From positions 1 through 47,074 of the IMG/VR virus record IMGVR_UViG_3300042368_002048: a stretch of 47,074 nucleotides of DNA; one strand, written 5' to 3'. The DNA comes from a virus (Duplodnaviria > Caudoviricetes). This document shows positions 17,919 to 27,510 of the stretch, one piece after another. Position 1 is the first letter of the stretch. Every line of letters begins with the position of its first letter. Position numbers and translations under genes: made by a program. The notes beneath the pieces are model-generated. The model searched no databases. It was not told the DNA's origin and worked only from the letters and a program-made list of their open reading frames with translations.

Positions 17919-18590
17919 ATGAATTCTAGAGTTGAAAAATTTATTTCATTATTACGTAATAAATATAAAATCAATATAGAGTTTAAGACTTCGTCGCCAT
18001 TTATGAAGTTTTTGTCTAAAATCTTGTTTTTTGTCCCAGATTTTCAAACAAGATTTACTACTACTATTGGTAATACAATTTATTTTCCCAATGAAGATAG
18101 ATTGAAAGACGAATCGAGTTTAGATTTAATTGCGCATGAGGTTCGTCATATTCATGATAGTCAGCTAGATAAACTATATAATTTAAAATATCTTTTTCCA
18201 CAGATGTTATCTTTATTATTTTTTACTTTATGTTTTGTTTCTTTGTGGTTTTTAATTCCGGCTTTCCTTTGCTTGGCTCCGTTGCCCGCCTATTGGAGAA
18301 TGAAAATAGAACTAAACGGATATACAACATCATTATTTGTTCAAAATCTTATTTTAGAAGAAAGAAATTTCCCTTTAGAGAAAAGGCTGAATAATTTATT
18401 AAATGCAGCTAATAAAATGAATAATGCATTTATAAGTTCTTCTTATTATTTTATGTGGGTTCCAGGGGTTCAAAAAGAGCTATTCATAAATGTTTATAAA
18501 ATTTTAGATGGAAGCCTTCTTCAAGAAGATGATTTTTATATTTTTATTAAAAAATGTTTCGATGAATCTCAATCTAATCAGTTAAGATGA
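17919..18590 (+). CDS. Putative membrane-associated HEXXH zinc metallopeptidase
   Basis: TTIGNTIY strand, AHEVRH, hydrophobic segment (LLFFTLCFVSLWFLIPAFLCL), downstream ELNGY third ligand. Confidence 0.7.
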   Translation: MNSRVEKFISLLRNKYKINIEFKTSSPFMKFLSKILFFVPDFQTRFTTTIGNTIYFPNEDRLKDESSLDLIAHEVRHIHDSQLDKLYNLKYLFPQMLSLLFFTLCFVSLWFLIPAFLCLAPLPAYWRMKIELNGYTTSLFVQNLILEERNFPLEKRLNNLLNAANKMNNAFISSSYYFMWVPGVQKELFINVYKILDGSLLQEDDFYIFIKKCFDESQSNQLR

Positions 18591-18636
18591 TATATTAAGC
18601 GTTTAGTTCTGCTTACATGTCATTGGAGAAAGAAAT

Positions 18637-19836
18637 ATGATCTATGATTTAGCCATTATTGGCGCTGGTGTTGCGGGTTGTTTTGCCGCTCAGAGATTAG
18701 AAGAGAATTATAATTTAAAAATTTTATTATTGGATTTGGGCAGACCTTTTGCCAAGCGCCGTCGCCAAATAGAAGGCGCTATGGGGTGCCTGCCATCAGG
18801 TGATGGTAAATGGTATTGCTCTCAAATGTCTCAGTTTAATGAGTTTGATGGTAGAAAAGTTAATGCAGCTAAAAAATGGTTAGATAAAAAAATAGATGAA
18901 TGCGGCAATTCAAAAATAATAAAAGATTCTTTGCCATCAAATGCCCTTAGAACCAGGGCTAATAAATTGGGATATTCAATTAAACCAAATGACTATATTC
19001 AGTGGAAGCCTGATAGCGTTCATAAATTAAGTAAAATATTCAGTGATACTTTTGAGAATAGTCAAAATATCAAAATGCAATTTGATACAGAAGTATTTAA
19101 AATTCTTAAAAAGAAAAATCAGTTTACTATTCATACTGAATCTCAAGACTTCTTATGTAAGAAAATTTTATTTTGCCCAGGAAGATCTGGATGGAGATGG
19201 GCAAATGATTTTTATAAAGAATTAGGAATGGAAGTTCAAGATGATTATTCTTATTATGGTGTGAGATTTGAAATTGCAGGGCAATACGCTAAAGATTTGC
19301 AAAAAACAAATTGTACTTTATATAAGGATGATGTTGAAATAGGTCCTTTTCTTTGGAATGGCACTGTAATTCCCGAAGATCACGCTGATATGGTTATTTC
19401 TTCATTTCGTTCAAATGAAGAGCGATGGAAAAGTGAAAAAGTAAATTTTTCTTATATTAATAAATTTAAGTTTGAAAATGATGGCGTAAATCAAACTGAG
19501 AGAATTGCTAAATTAACTTACTTATTGTTTAATGACCGAGTTAGCCGAGAAAAAAATAGAATTTATTTAAAGGGAAATAGTCAGCTTAATTTATTGCCAG
19601 AATATACATGGCTAAAAAATGCAATTGAAGAAGTTGGCGTTATTTTACCAGAATTTGTTACTAAGGGCTATTATCATATTCCGGAAATTTTACCATTGCC
19701 AGGCAAAATAGAGATAGATGACAATCATATGTCCGAAGTGTCTAATTTATTTGTGGCAGGCGAAAGCGCAGGATATCGAGGCATTATGGGAGCAGCAATT
19801 TCTGGAATCCTTGCAGCAGAAGGAGTTGTCAAATGA
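18637..19836 (+). CDS. FAD-dependent oxidoreductase (COG2509-like)
   Basis: IIGAGVAG, G...GDGK, PGRSG, GVRFE, NLFVAGESAG.RGIMGAAISG. Confidence 0.75.
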   Translation: MIYDLAIIGAGVAGCFAAQRLEENYNLKILLLDLGRPFAKRRRQIEGAMGCLPSGDGKWYCSQMSQFNEFDGRKVNAAKKWLDKKIDECGNSKIIKDSLPSNALRTRANKLGYSIKPNDYIQWKPDSVHKLSKIFSDTFENSQNIKMQFDTEVFKILKKKNQFTIHTESQDFLCKKILFCPGRSGWRWANDFYKELGMEVQDDYSYYGVRFEIAGQYAKDLQKTNCTLYKDDVEIGPFLWNGTVIPEDHADMVISSFRSNEERWKSEKVNFSYINKFKFENDGVNQTERIAKLTYLLFNDRVSREKNRIYLKGNSQLNLLPEYTWLKNAIEEVGVILPEFVTKGYYHIPEILPLPGKIEIDDNHMSEVSNLFVAGESAGYRGIMGAAISGILAAEGVVK

Positions 19837-20162
19837 GAGATGATGATTATGGAGTTGGTAATTCAGAGGTTAGAAATTTTGCCTTTCATTTAACAAAGGC
19901 TGATAATGAATTCTTTAAAGAAGAATCATATAAACCTAATTCGGTTATTAGGATTAAAAGAAAATTCTCCAAGAAAAATGGAGAAGAGTGGCAAATCCAT
20001 CAGGATGGAAAAATAGCCTTGACATTAAAAGAGAACCGATTTACTATAGCTGAAAAGAAATTTTTACATTCCGTTGAAGGCATGCAGTTTTTAATGTCTG
20101 CCTTTAAATCTGGGCTGTCTTCCGTTGCCAAAATTAAAGAAGCAATGAAAGAAAAGCTATGA
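19833..20162 (+). CDS. Hypothetical protein
   Basis: 109-aa ORF with AGGAG RBS and ATGA overlaps. Confidence 0.65.
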   Translation: MRDDDYGVGNSEVRNFAFHLTKADNEFFKEESYKPNSVIRIKRKFSKKNGEEWQIHQDGKIALTLKENRFTIAEKKFLHSVEGMQFLMSAFKSGLSSVAKIKEAMKEKL

Positions 20163-20368
20163 TTATATTTAATAAGTTATACAAGAAAAATAAGCAGCAT
20201 TTTATTTCATTTATGAATGATAAGGGCTGGGAAGTATCAATTCCTATTGATCATTTTCATGCAGATAGAATTTCTTTATATTTAGAACAAATTGCTAAAA
20301 TATCCCATCCATTCAATCTTCAAGAGGAAGAAGATGTTATGCAAGAGGAGGAAGAAGATAATTTATGA
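20159..20368 (+). CDS. Hypothetical protein with acidic tail
   Basis: 69 aa ending QEEEDVMQEEEEDNL (short tandem duplication). Confidence 0.6.
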   Translation: MIIFNKLYKKNKQHFISFMNDKGWEVSIPIDHFHADRISLYLEQIAKISHPFNLQEEEDVMQEEEEDNL

Positions 20369-21015
20369 GTGATTCTTATGTTATTTACGTTATTGACACT
20401 GAAACAACTGGATTAGATCCTACAGTCAATGACATTATTGAGCTATCAGCTTTGAGATTAGTTAGAGACGGCGATGAATTTAAGCGAGAACAAAAAACTT
20501 GGTATATAAAACCTACCAATGTTCACAACATTTCAGAAGAGGCGCTTAAAGTAAACGGTCATAAAAAAGAAGATATTCTCTGGGAAACCAAAGAAGGCAA
20601 AGAAAAATATCTTGAATTAAAAGATGTAATATCTGATTTTGAATTATGGGTTATGGAAGATTGCGCCTCTGTAATGGATCGTATATTTGCAGGTCACAAT
20701 CCGGTATTCGATGCTAATTTTATGAAGTCCGCCTGGTCCAAAGCGGGATCTGAATCAACTTTTCCTTTTGATTTAACTGCAAATAATAGAGTACTGGACA
20801 CAAAGCAAATTGTCATATTTATCGATATTTGTACGGGACGAAGAAGGTCTAAGTATAATTTATCGGAGATTGTTAAGTGCTTTGATATTAAAAAGGGCAA
20901 AGCTCACAGAGCAGATGAAGACACAAGAATGACCGCAGATTTCTTGGAAAAAATCGTTAAATCTGCCTCAAGTACTTTTACTGAATTGTACAAAGATTCT
21001 TATAAGCAGTCGTGA
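20365..21015 (+). CDS. DEDDh 3'-5' exonuclease (DnaQ-like)
   Basis: IDTETTGLD, GHNPVFD, HRADED. Confidence 0.9.
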   Translation: MSDSYVIYVIDTETTGLDPTVNDIIELSALRLVRDGDEFKREQKTWYIKPTNVHNISEEALKVNGHKKEDILWETKEGKEKYLELKDVISDFELWVMEDCASVMDRIFAGHNPVFDANFMKSAWSKAGSESTFPFDLTANNRVLDTKQIVIFIDICTGRRRSKYNLSEIVKCFDIKKGKAHRADEDTRMTADFLEKIVKSASSTFTELYKDSYKQS

Positions 21016-22076
21016 AAATTTTATATGCAATTTCTGATCGACCAGGAGCTTGGATACAAGCTTCTATTGTTTTGTCTGAATTAAAGACAAAGCATCAGGT
21101 AAAATTTGCCGGATATCAATCTTTATATCCTCATATTAAGAATATTGATTTTAATTTATCTTCTCTTAAGATAAACACTGAAAATATTGGTAAAAAATAC
21201 AATATTACTTTAAGTCCTTGCAGCCATCATATATTTAAATCTTATTTACAAAACATTTATAATTATGCGCCAGATTTGATAATATCAGATCATGAAGAGT
21301 ATACTTTAGCAGCAGCTCACATATTAAAGATTCCTAATTGGAATGTTTCTCCCTTAAATCTGATTTATCATTGGTTTCCAGTTGCAATGAGGTATCATTA
21401 TGATTTCATCTTATATTATTATAAGAGACAAACTCTGAGATATAATAGAGAATTTTTTTGGGGAAATTTAAATTTAACATATTCGCCTCTATGTCACATG
21501 AAAATTCCAATGGATTGGCGAGAGAAAAAGATTGAATGGGTATCTCCATTTATTCCCAAAATAAAATATACAGATAATCCGGTAAGCATTCTTCATACTT
21601 ACAAAAGGTCTAAATTAGAATCGGTATTTGATCAAGTTCCAAATATTGAAAATCAATTTAATCCAAATCCGTTCGAGTTAACTATCAGCAATAATGTTAA
21701 CTTCTCCTCGGGAGAGAGTGGCTATCTATACGGTCTTTTATTGGACAAGTTTCATATTACTGAAAACGAAAATTATAGAGTCAATATTGTTCCTAATTTT
21801 AATGATGTAGAAACTTTGATGAATGCTATTGTATTAAAAAATAATAAGCTAGGAGTTGACTTAGGGCAAGTTGAAAATATGAATGAGTATGCTATTACTC
21901 GTGTAGACTCCGTATTAAACAATTCAGAAAAATTACCCATCAATTTAAAACTCTCTCACTCTCCTAAATATCGAAAGTCGATTAAATTCTCCCTGTTAGA
22001 AAGGCTAGATTACCATGAAAGTAATTTTGGACATAGGAAACGTATTAGTACACGTCCAATTGAACTCTTTTCTTGA
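21012..22076 (+). CDS. Divergent GT-B glycosyltransferase-like protein (MJ1255-like)
   Basis: MKILYAIS start, PDLIISDHE, AAHILKIP, SSGE, E...NA..L...LG; several canonical motifs eroded. Confidence 0.5.
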   Translation: MKILYAISDRPGAWIQASIVLSELKTKHQVKFAGYQSLYPHIKNIDFNLSSLKINTENIGKKYNITLSPCSHHIFKSYLQNIYNYAPDLIISDHEEYTLAAAHILKIPNWNVSPLNLIYHWFPVAMRYHYDFILYYYKRQTLRYNREFFWGNLNLTYSPLCHMKIPMDWREKKIEWVSPFIPKIKYTDNPVSILHTYKRSKLESVFDQVPNIENQFNPNPFELTISNNVNFSSGESGYLYGLLLDKFHITENENYRVNIVPNFNDVETLMNAIVLKNNKLGVDLGQVENMNEYAITRVDSVLNNSEKLPINLKLSHSPKYRKSIKFSLLERLDYHESNFGHRKRISTRPIELFS

Positions 22077-22653
22077 AAAGTTTTCAAAATTAATCCCGGA
22101 AGATCATGATCCCTTTTTGTTTCTTGAAACGATTCAAGGAATGCATGACATTGGTCTTATAACAATGAAACAAGCCTTTCGAGATAAATACGAATTATCT
22201 CATTCTAAAATCTATTCTATAGATGAACTGCTAGATTTCTGGAATGGTGTTGTTGTTCGTAATGAATTTATGATTAATTTAATGAAGGACTTGCGCTTTC
22301 AGGGTGTTAGATTTGCTTTAGTTTCTAATATTGGGGATGAGCATCATCAACATTTAGAAAAAATTTGTCCTGAAATTTTTGAACTATCAGAGATTCATCA
22401 TTTATCTTATCAGGTAGGCGCTAGAAAGCCAAGCAAATTATATTTCCAATCGTTTTTACAGGACCATCCATCTTGGCTGGGGAGCGTTTATATTGATGAT
22501 AGATTGGATAATATTTTAACAGGTAAAAAATACGGATTTAGAACAATTCAATTTGATTTAGATAATTATGGGTCTAAAAAAGAATTAAAATCTGCTACCG
22601 ATTATATCAAAAAAATTATTCTGAGCCATCGACCCAATGAAGAGCTTAAATGA
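22015..22653 (+). CDS. HAD-superfamily phosphatase (YihX-like)
   Basis: ILDIGNVL, VSN, ARKP, YIDDRLDN. Confidence 0.85.
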   Translation: MKVILDIGNVLVHVQLNSFLEKFSKLIPEDHDPFLFLETIQGMHDIGLITMKQAFRDKYELSHSKIYSIDELLDFWNGVVVRNEFMINLMKDLRFQGVRFALVSNIGDEHHQHLEKICPEIFELSEIHHLSYQVGARKPSKLYFQSFLQDHPSWLGSVYIDDRLDNILTGKKYGFRTIQFDLDNYGSKKELKSATDYIKKIILSHRPNEELK

Positions 22654-23556
22654 TTATCCTGTAACTGAAGTGGTGTCGTATTCTGCGTAACCCTGCTTAT
22701 CGTTTACATAAACGTGCAAAGTTGGAGAATTGAATAAGTCTTTTAAATAAACAGTGCTAACAGATCCATCTGGCTTTTTTAATGTAGCTTTATTTGCTGC
22801 CAAGTCTTGAATGAATATTTCATATTCTGTATGATGATCTTTAACTGCTCCAGGGTGAGCAGATGATTCTCCATTTTGCCAGGGTCCAGCAAAAGTAATT
22901 CTATTTTTGCCTAAACCAGTACTAGAATCTACGTCTTTTGGTTGAGTAATGGATTTTGCAGATACTCTGTACGCCTCTTTTGGTTCATTTGCGAGTATAT
23001 TGTCAATTTTTTTAGAATAATCTAGTCCCCATTTTGTTTTTCCAACATTTTGAGCAACTGCTTCGCCTGGATGAAATTGACCTGAAGAATCAGTATATCC
23101 AGCACTGAGAGGTGGAACTTTAATATTATGAATTTCTGGAGCTTTTTCAATTACGTTAATAATTTTACTTGTAGGCAATACCATTCCGCCTTTATCTGGA
23201 AACCATTTATTTGCCAAGGCTTGAAGGGTAGCAGGTGCAGGATTGGGGCGAATCGCCCAAGCAGTATTAGGATTAATGACAACGGGCTTTTTTAAGACTT
23301 GCATGGTTAATGACCCAGCCTCTCCCATTGGAATGGTAACTGGCATTAAGTCTGCTTCTGCTGGAGCAGGGGCGTGCTCAAGAATTAACTTTTGTTTTTT
23401 AGCGGAATCTGCTTTTTCATATTCTTGCTTAAATTCTTCTGGTGACAGCGAGCTAGATTTGCTAGACTTTAATTTAGTTAGCTCTTCATCTACTAGCTGG
23501 GTTAAAGTTCCAGTGCTAGCTGCTATTATTATTAATTTTTGAAGTCGAGTTGTCAT
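22654..23556 (-). CDS. Hypothetical protein, possibly virion-associated
   Basis: ~300-aa ORF abutting the HAD gene convergently; ATG 23556 preferred over TTG 23571. Confidence 0.6.
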   Translation of the reverse strand: MTTRLQKLIIIAASTGTLTQLVDEELTKLKSSKSSSLSPEEFKQEYEKADSAKKQKLILEHAPAPAEADLMPVTIPMGEAGSLTMQVLKKPVVINPNTAWAIRPNPAPATLQALANKWFPDKGGMVLPTSKIINVIEKAPEIHNIKVPPLSAGYTDSSGQFHPGEAVAQNVGKTKWGLDYSKKIDNILANEPKEAYRVSAKSITQPKDVDSSTGLGKNRITFAGPWQNGESSAHPGAVKDHHTEYEIFIQDLAANKATLKKPDGSVSTVYLKDLFNSPTLHVYVNDKQGYAEYDTTSVTG

Positions 23557-23667
23557 ATTTTTATATCTCAATAGTGATATTGCATTATATATCGCCAGCC
23601 CAGATGGCGAGGTACAATTTTAATTGTTTTTGATAGATTTAAATTCTGATTTTTGAAAGGTGTGATA

Positions 23668-24750
23668 ATGAATCATTTGTTATTAGAAAAATTGTTAGAA
23701 AAAGGCGTTCTATTTAAAAATCCAAACACTCAAGAATATGATCTAAATCCATTAGTAGATTTATTTAATTCAGAGGTTTCTTATGGATTTGAAGACGTGG
23801 CGATTACTCAGCAAAAAAATATTTGCAAGTCAAGACTAGATGCAAATACGTCCTCTGAGATTATTAGAGGAGTTCATGTTAAAGTCCCTTTAATCGCCAG
23901 TAATATGTCCACTGTTATTAACAGTGATTTTTATATCAAATTGTATAATCTTGGCGCTTTTGCCTTTATGCACCGTGCAGCTTCAGACGAATCCTTACAG
24001 GAAGAAATGCAAAAGATTTCTAAAGAATGTCAGTGGGTAGCAGGCTCAATTGGCATTGATGATTCTCAATTTGATTTAGCAAAAAAGCTTATTAACAAGG
24101 GCACAAATATTCTTGTTATTGATATTGCTCACGGGTACACTGATACCATTTTTGAACTGGCTAAAAAGTTGAAATCATATTCAAAAGAAGTTAAAGTTGT
24201 TATTGGTAATGCTACCAATCCAGAAATTATGTATGAATGCGGTGATTGGGTGGATGCTATTAAAGTTGGCATTGCTCAAGGATTTGCTTGTGAAACTAAA
24301 AACACCGCAGGATGTACAGAAAAACAATTTTCAGCAGTTTTAAAATTCAAGTCTTTGTCTCGCAAATTGGGAATACCAATTATTTCAGATGGTGGAACTA
24401 GAGAGCCTGCTGATTTAGTGAAGGCAATTGCAGCTGGGGCTAATTCGGTCATTGCTGGTAAAATATTTGCTGCCTGTCCCGAAAGCGCAGCGGAGACTGA
24501 GCTAGTTAATGGCGTCCTAAAGAAAGTTTACGCAGGAATGGCTTCTCGCTATGTTCAAGACCGATGGAAAGGCGGATTAAAACCCGGCACATGCCCTGAG
24601 GGTGGCGTCAGATATTTAGACGTAGGAGAGAGTGCTGAGAAGTTGTTGGAGCGTTATGGTGGAGCCCTTAAGTCAGGTATAACATATGCCGGGGCTAACG
24701 ACGTAGCATCTTTTCAAGATAAAGTTAAATTTGTTAGGTTTGCTAAATGA
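23668..24750 (+). CDS. IMP dehydrogenase / GMP reductase family protein (no CBS domain)
   Basis: PLIASNMSTV, IDIAHG, IGN, KVGIAQGFACETK (catalytic Cys loop), IISDGG, YAGMAS, PEG, LKSGITYAGA; AAAGGTG RBS fits ATG 23668. Confidence 0.88.
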   Translation: MNHLLLEKLLEKGVLFKNPNTQEYDLNPLVDLFNSEVSYGFEDVAITQQKNICKSRLDANTSSEIIRGVHVKVPLIASNMSTVINSDFYIKLYNLGAFAFMHRAASDESLQEEMQKISKECQWVAGSIGIDDSQFDLAKKLINKGTNILVIDIAHGYTDTIFELAKKLKSYSKEVKVVIGNATNPEIMYECGDWVDAIKVGIAQGFACETKNTAGCTEKQFSAVLKFKSLSRKLGIPIISDGGTREPADLVKAIAAGANSVIAGKIFAACPESAAETELVNGVLKKVYAGMASRYVQDRWKGGLKPGTCPEGGVRYLDVGESAEKLLERYGGALKSGITYAGANDVASFQDKVKFVRFAK

Positions 24751-25082
24751 ATATAATTTTGCCGGTCATTCATTATGCTCAAAGATTTTGGGAAAAAATT
24801 TTAGAGCCAGGGATATCATCGGATATTATTAAATTTACCATGTCTTCTGTTAGAGAAATGCCGTTTTCTTTCACAGAAGATATGGCTAAGTTTATTACTT
24901 ATTGCAAAGATGAAGAGTATTTGGAAGAAATGAATGAGTTTCATAGTGAAATCTTTCAAAATCAAGATTTGCTTAAAGTTTATTTAGACTGCATTTTTGG
25001 ATTATTACAAAAATATTGCAAAGATAATAATATTCAAATGCATATAGAAGATTATACTTTTAAAATATTGCTTAGGTGGTAA
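24747..25082 (+). CDS. Hypothetical protein
   Basis: 111-aa ORF coupled to neighbours. Confidence 0.6.
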   Translation: MNIILPVIHYAQRFWEKILEPGISSDIIKFTMSSVREMPFSFTEDMAKFITYCKDEEYLEEMNEFHSEIFQNQDLLKVYLDCIFGLLQKYCKDNNIQMHIEDYTFKILLRW

Positions 25083-25083
25083 T

Positions 25084-25614
25084 GTGGTTATCAAAATAAT
25101 TGCAGCCGTAGATTTAAACTACCTTATGGGCTATGACAATGCTATTCCTTGGCATAAGCCCGCTGATCTAAAAAGATTTAAGCAAAAGACCTTAAATCAA
25201 ATAGTAGTTATGGGTCGCAAGACTTATGAATCTATAGGAAAAGCTTTGCCTAACAGGATAAACTGTGTTATTTCTAGAGACCCAGGCAAAATAAAAAATT
25301 TATCTCCAGGAGTAATTGTGTCTACATCTTTGGAGAATATGTTTGAGCGATTATCTGAATCTGATAAAAATATTTGGGTAATTGGCGGGTCTCAAATTTA
25401 TAAAGAGGCTTTATTAATGGATATTGTTTCTGAAATTGATTTGACCGTTTTAAATGGCAGATGGGTTCCGCCATCTAACGACTCCATGGAAATAATTAAA
25501 CAGAAAAGTGTAATTTTCCCCCATGTCCCTTTGGAATATACCATTGAATCAGAAGAGATTAACAAAGAAGATCCCTCTTTGCTACATAGAAAATATGTAA
25601 AAAGCTATTGGTGA
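25084..25614 (+). CDS. folA: Dihydrofolate reductase
   Basis: IIAAV, IPWHKPADLKRFK, MGRKTYESIG, LPNR, IGGSQIY. Confidence 0.92.
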   Translation: MVIKIIAAVDLNYLMGYDNAIPWHKPADLKRFKQKTLNQIVVMGRKTYESIGKALPNRINCVISRDPGKIKNLSPGVIVSTSLENMFERLSESDKNIWVIGGSQIYKEALLMDIVSEIDLTVLNGRWVPPSNDSMEIIKQKSVIFPHVPLEYTIESEEINKEDPSLLHRKYVKSYW

Positions 25615-25615
25615 T

Positions 25616-26353
25616 CTATTTTTTAATTTGAGTTAATATTTCAAATAAACAGGATAATTTGTATAAATTATTAATTTTATTTGAAGCTTTTTTCTGAATA
25701 GACCCGTAGGATTTTCCTATTACAGTCTCTGGGTTTAACTTGTTTCTTGGCATGCTCATTGGCGTGGGTCCGGATGCACCTTTTTGTGTAATCCATATTT
25801 CTAAATGAACGTGAGGTGCTGATTTTTTAGCCGATCCTGTATTTCCGTTTAGCCCTATTACAGTTCTAGGAGAAACTTCAACTCCTTTTGCTACATTAAT
25901 TTTATCTAAATGAGCATAAAAACTATACATGCCAGGATCTTGTGGATGCTCTATTACGCAGAAATTTCCGCTTTTTCCTCCAGAGCCTACTTGAGCAACA
26001 ATGCCACTTCCAATTGGAAACACTTGTTCACCTAGACCCAATTGCATGGCTTTGGATAATTCCTTTGATTTTACGGCTTCGGTAGTTCCTGGCGCAAAAA
26101 TATCAAGCGCTTGATGCCCTTTGGGATGACCTAATTTTTCTTCGGATTGTGTATAGTATCCGCCAAATTCCTTATACTCTCCATTTGGAATTGGTAATTG
26201 GTATGTTCCAGATGAAAAATGAGGAGAGTCTTCTTCCTGTTCTTGACTATCCTGAGAAGTCTCTTCGGAATCTTCTTCGGAATCTTCTTCAAAGGCTGAG
26301 GTTAAATCTTCCAAATCTTTCAATGAATTGCTGGCTTTTATAATTAAAGGCAT
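25616..26353 (-). CDS. M23 family peptidoglycan endopeptidase with acidic N-terminal extension
   Basis: HQALD (HxxxD), YAHL, GNTG, PHVHLE (HxH), NP. Confidence 0.88.
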   Translation of the reverse strand: MPLIIKASNSLKDLEDLTSAFEEDSEEDSEETSQDSQEQEEDSPHFSSGTYQLPIPNGEYKEFGGYYTQSEEKLGHPKGHQALDIFAPGTTEAVKSKELSKAMQLGLGEQVFPIGSGIVAQVGSGGKSGNFCVIEHPQDPGMYSFYAHLDKINVAKGVEVSPRTVIGLNGNTGSAKKSAPHVHLEIWITQKGASGPTPMSMPRNKLNPETVIGKSYGSIQKKASNKINNLYKLSCLFEILTQIKK

Positions 26354-26365
26354 ATTTATTCTATA

Positions 26366-26620
26366 TCAAATTTGTGAGTCAAAATAACCATCAACGGAAT
26401 ATCCGTCGTTTGTTTGCTCTGCCGATGGTTCATTAGTTGAAGTAGCGTTGCCTTCCATTTCTTTCATTTTTTTCAAGATTTCGGCAAATTGGTTTTTGCT
26501 TTCTTCTTCTCTTGTTTTTTGTCTCGCTAACAATTCTTCTTTGACATTGTTTTTTATTTTTTTAAACTCTTCTTCCAAAGATTTATTAGTTTCAATTTCT
26601 CTTTCTAATATACTACTCAT
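26366..26620 (-). CDS. Hypothetical coiled-coil protein
   Basis: ATG 26620 (MSSILERE) avoids overlap with the divergent gene; ends DGYSVDGYFDSQI. Confidence 0.6.
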   Translation of the reverse strand: MSSILEREIETNKSLEEEFKKIKNNVKEELLARQKTREEESKNQFAEILKKMKEMEGNATSTNEPSAEQTNDGYSVDGYFDSQI

Positions 26621-26656
26621 GATACTATGATATATTTTTAGCTGTTGAAAGGCTTT

Positions 26657-26893
26657 ATGGATCAAAAAAATCAAAAATCAATTCCCGAATACTACACAGT
26701 TAAAGTTGAGGCGGAAGTTCCAACTATTATAACTTATCGAGTCTTGGCTTCTTCGCCAGAAGAAGCCATAGAAAGGTTGCAATACGCCTCTATTTCTGAA
26801 CCAGTTAAGCCAAATCTGGCTAAAATGAAAAAGAAAAATGCTAAAGCCTATAGGCAAGGCACTCTTGAAATACAAGCTTCTAAAAAATATTAA
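26657..26893 (+). CDS. Hypothetical protein
   Basis: AAAGG RBS before ATG 26657; V.ASSPEEA pattern common in small phage proteins. Confidence 0.6.
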   Translation: MDQKNQKSIPEYYTVKVEAEVPTIITYRVLASSPEEAIERLQYASISEPVKPNLAKMKKKNAKAYRQGTLEIQASKKY

Positions 26894-26895
26894 TT

Positions 26896-27510
26896 ATGGC
26901 AGGTCTTAAATATTATATTATAGATACGGAAACCACGGGCTTAAGTGCTGATTATCATGAAATAATTGAAATATCAATTATACGAGCAGAAGATAAGCAC
27001 CAAATTACTAAATTTATTAAACCAGATTTCCCTCAAAGGGCTTCTCCTGAAGCCTTAAAAATTACTAACAAATCTTTTAAAGATTTGTTGAAAGGTGAAG
27101 CCAAAGAAGCTGTTGTTGAATCTATTAACAAATTTCTAACCGAAGACAGTTCATCTCCAGAGCATAGGGTATTTGTGGCACACAACGCTCCTTTTGATAG
27201 GAGATTTTGTCATGCACTGTGGTCTTCTGTAAATAAAATTTTTCCAGCCAATTCTTGGCTTGACACTAAATCTTTGGCTAAATCAGTTCTAATCAAACAA
27301 GGAAATTCTAAACCCAAAGATTTAACATTAAAAGGTGCTATGGAGCAAATTGGCGCTAAAGCGTATGGAGGAGCCCACAATGCCTTGATTGATTCTAGAA
27401 ACTGCTATTTGCTTTGGAAAAAAGCGATGGATTCAAATATAAACTATTTAACTCACATTAAACGAAGTCCACATTCTGTAGATAATAATTATGGCAATGA
27501 CGAAGATTGA
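26896..27510 (+). CDS. DEDDh 3'-5' exonuclease (DnaQ-like), second copy
   Basis: IDTETTGL, AHNAPFD, HNALID. Confidence 0.9.
   Translation: MAGLKYYIIDTETTGLSADYHEIIEISIIRAEDKHQITKFIKPDFPQRASPEALKITNKSFKDLLKGEAKEAVVESINKFLTEDSSSPEHRVFVAHNAPFDRRFCHALWSSVNKIFPANSWLDTKSLAKSVLIKQGNSKPKDLTLKGAMEQIGAKAYGGAHNALIDSRNCYLLWKKAMDSNINYLTHIKRSPHSVDNNYGNDED

Noticed and set aside
23592-23610. TCGCCA-gcccaga-TGGCGA hairpin in the divergent gap
   Set aside because: Only 6 bp, no adjacent T-tract and no resemblance to a purine riboswitch or tRNA
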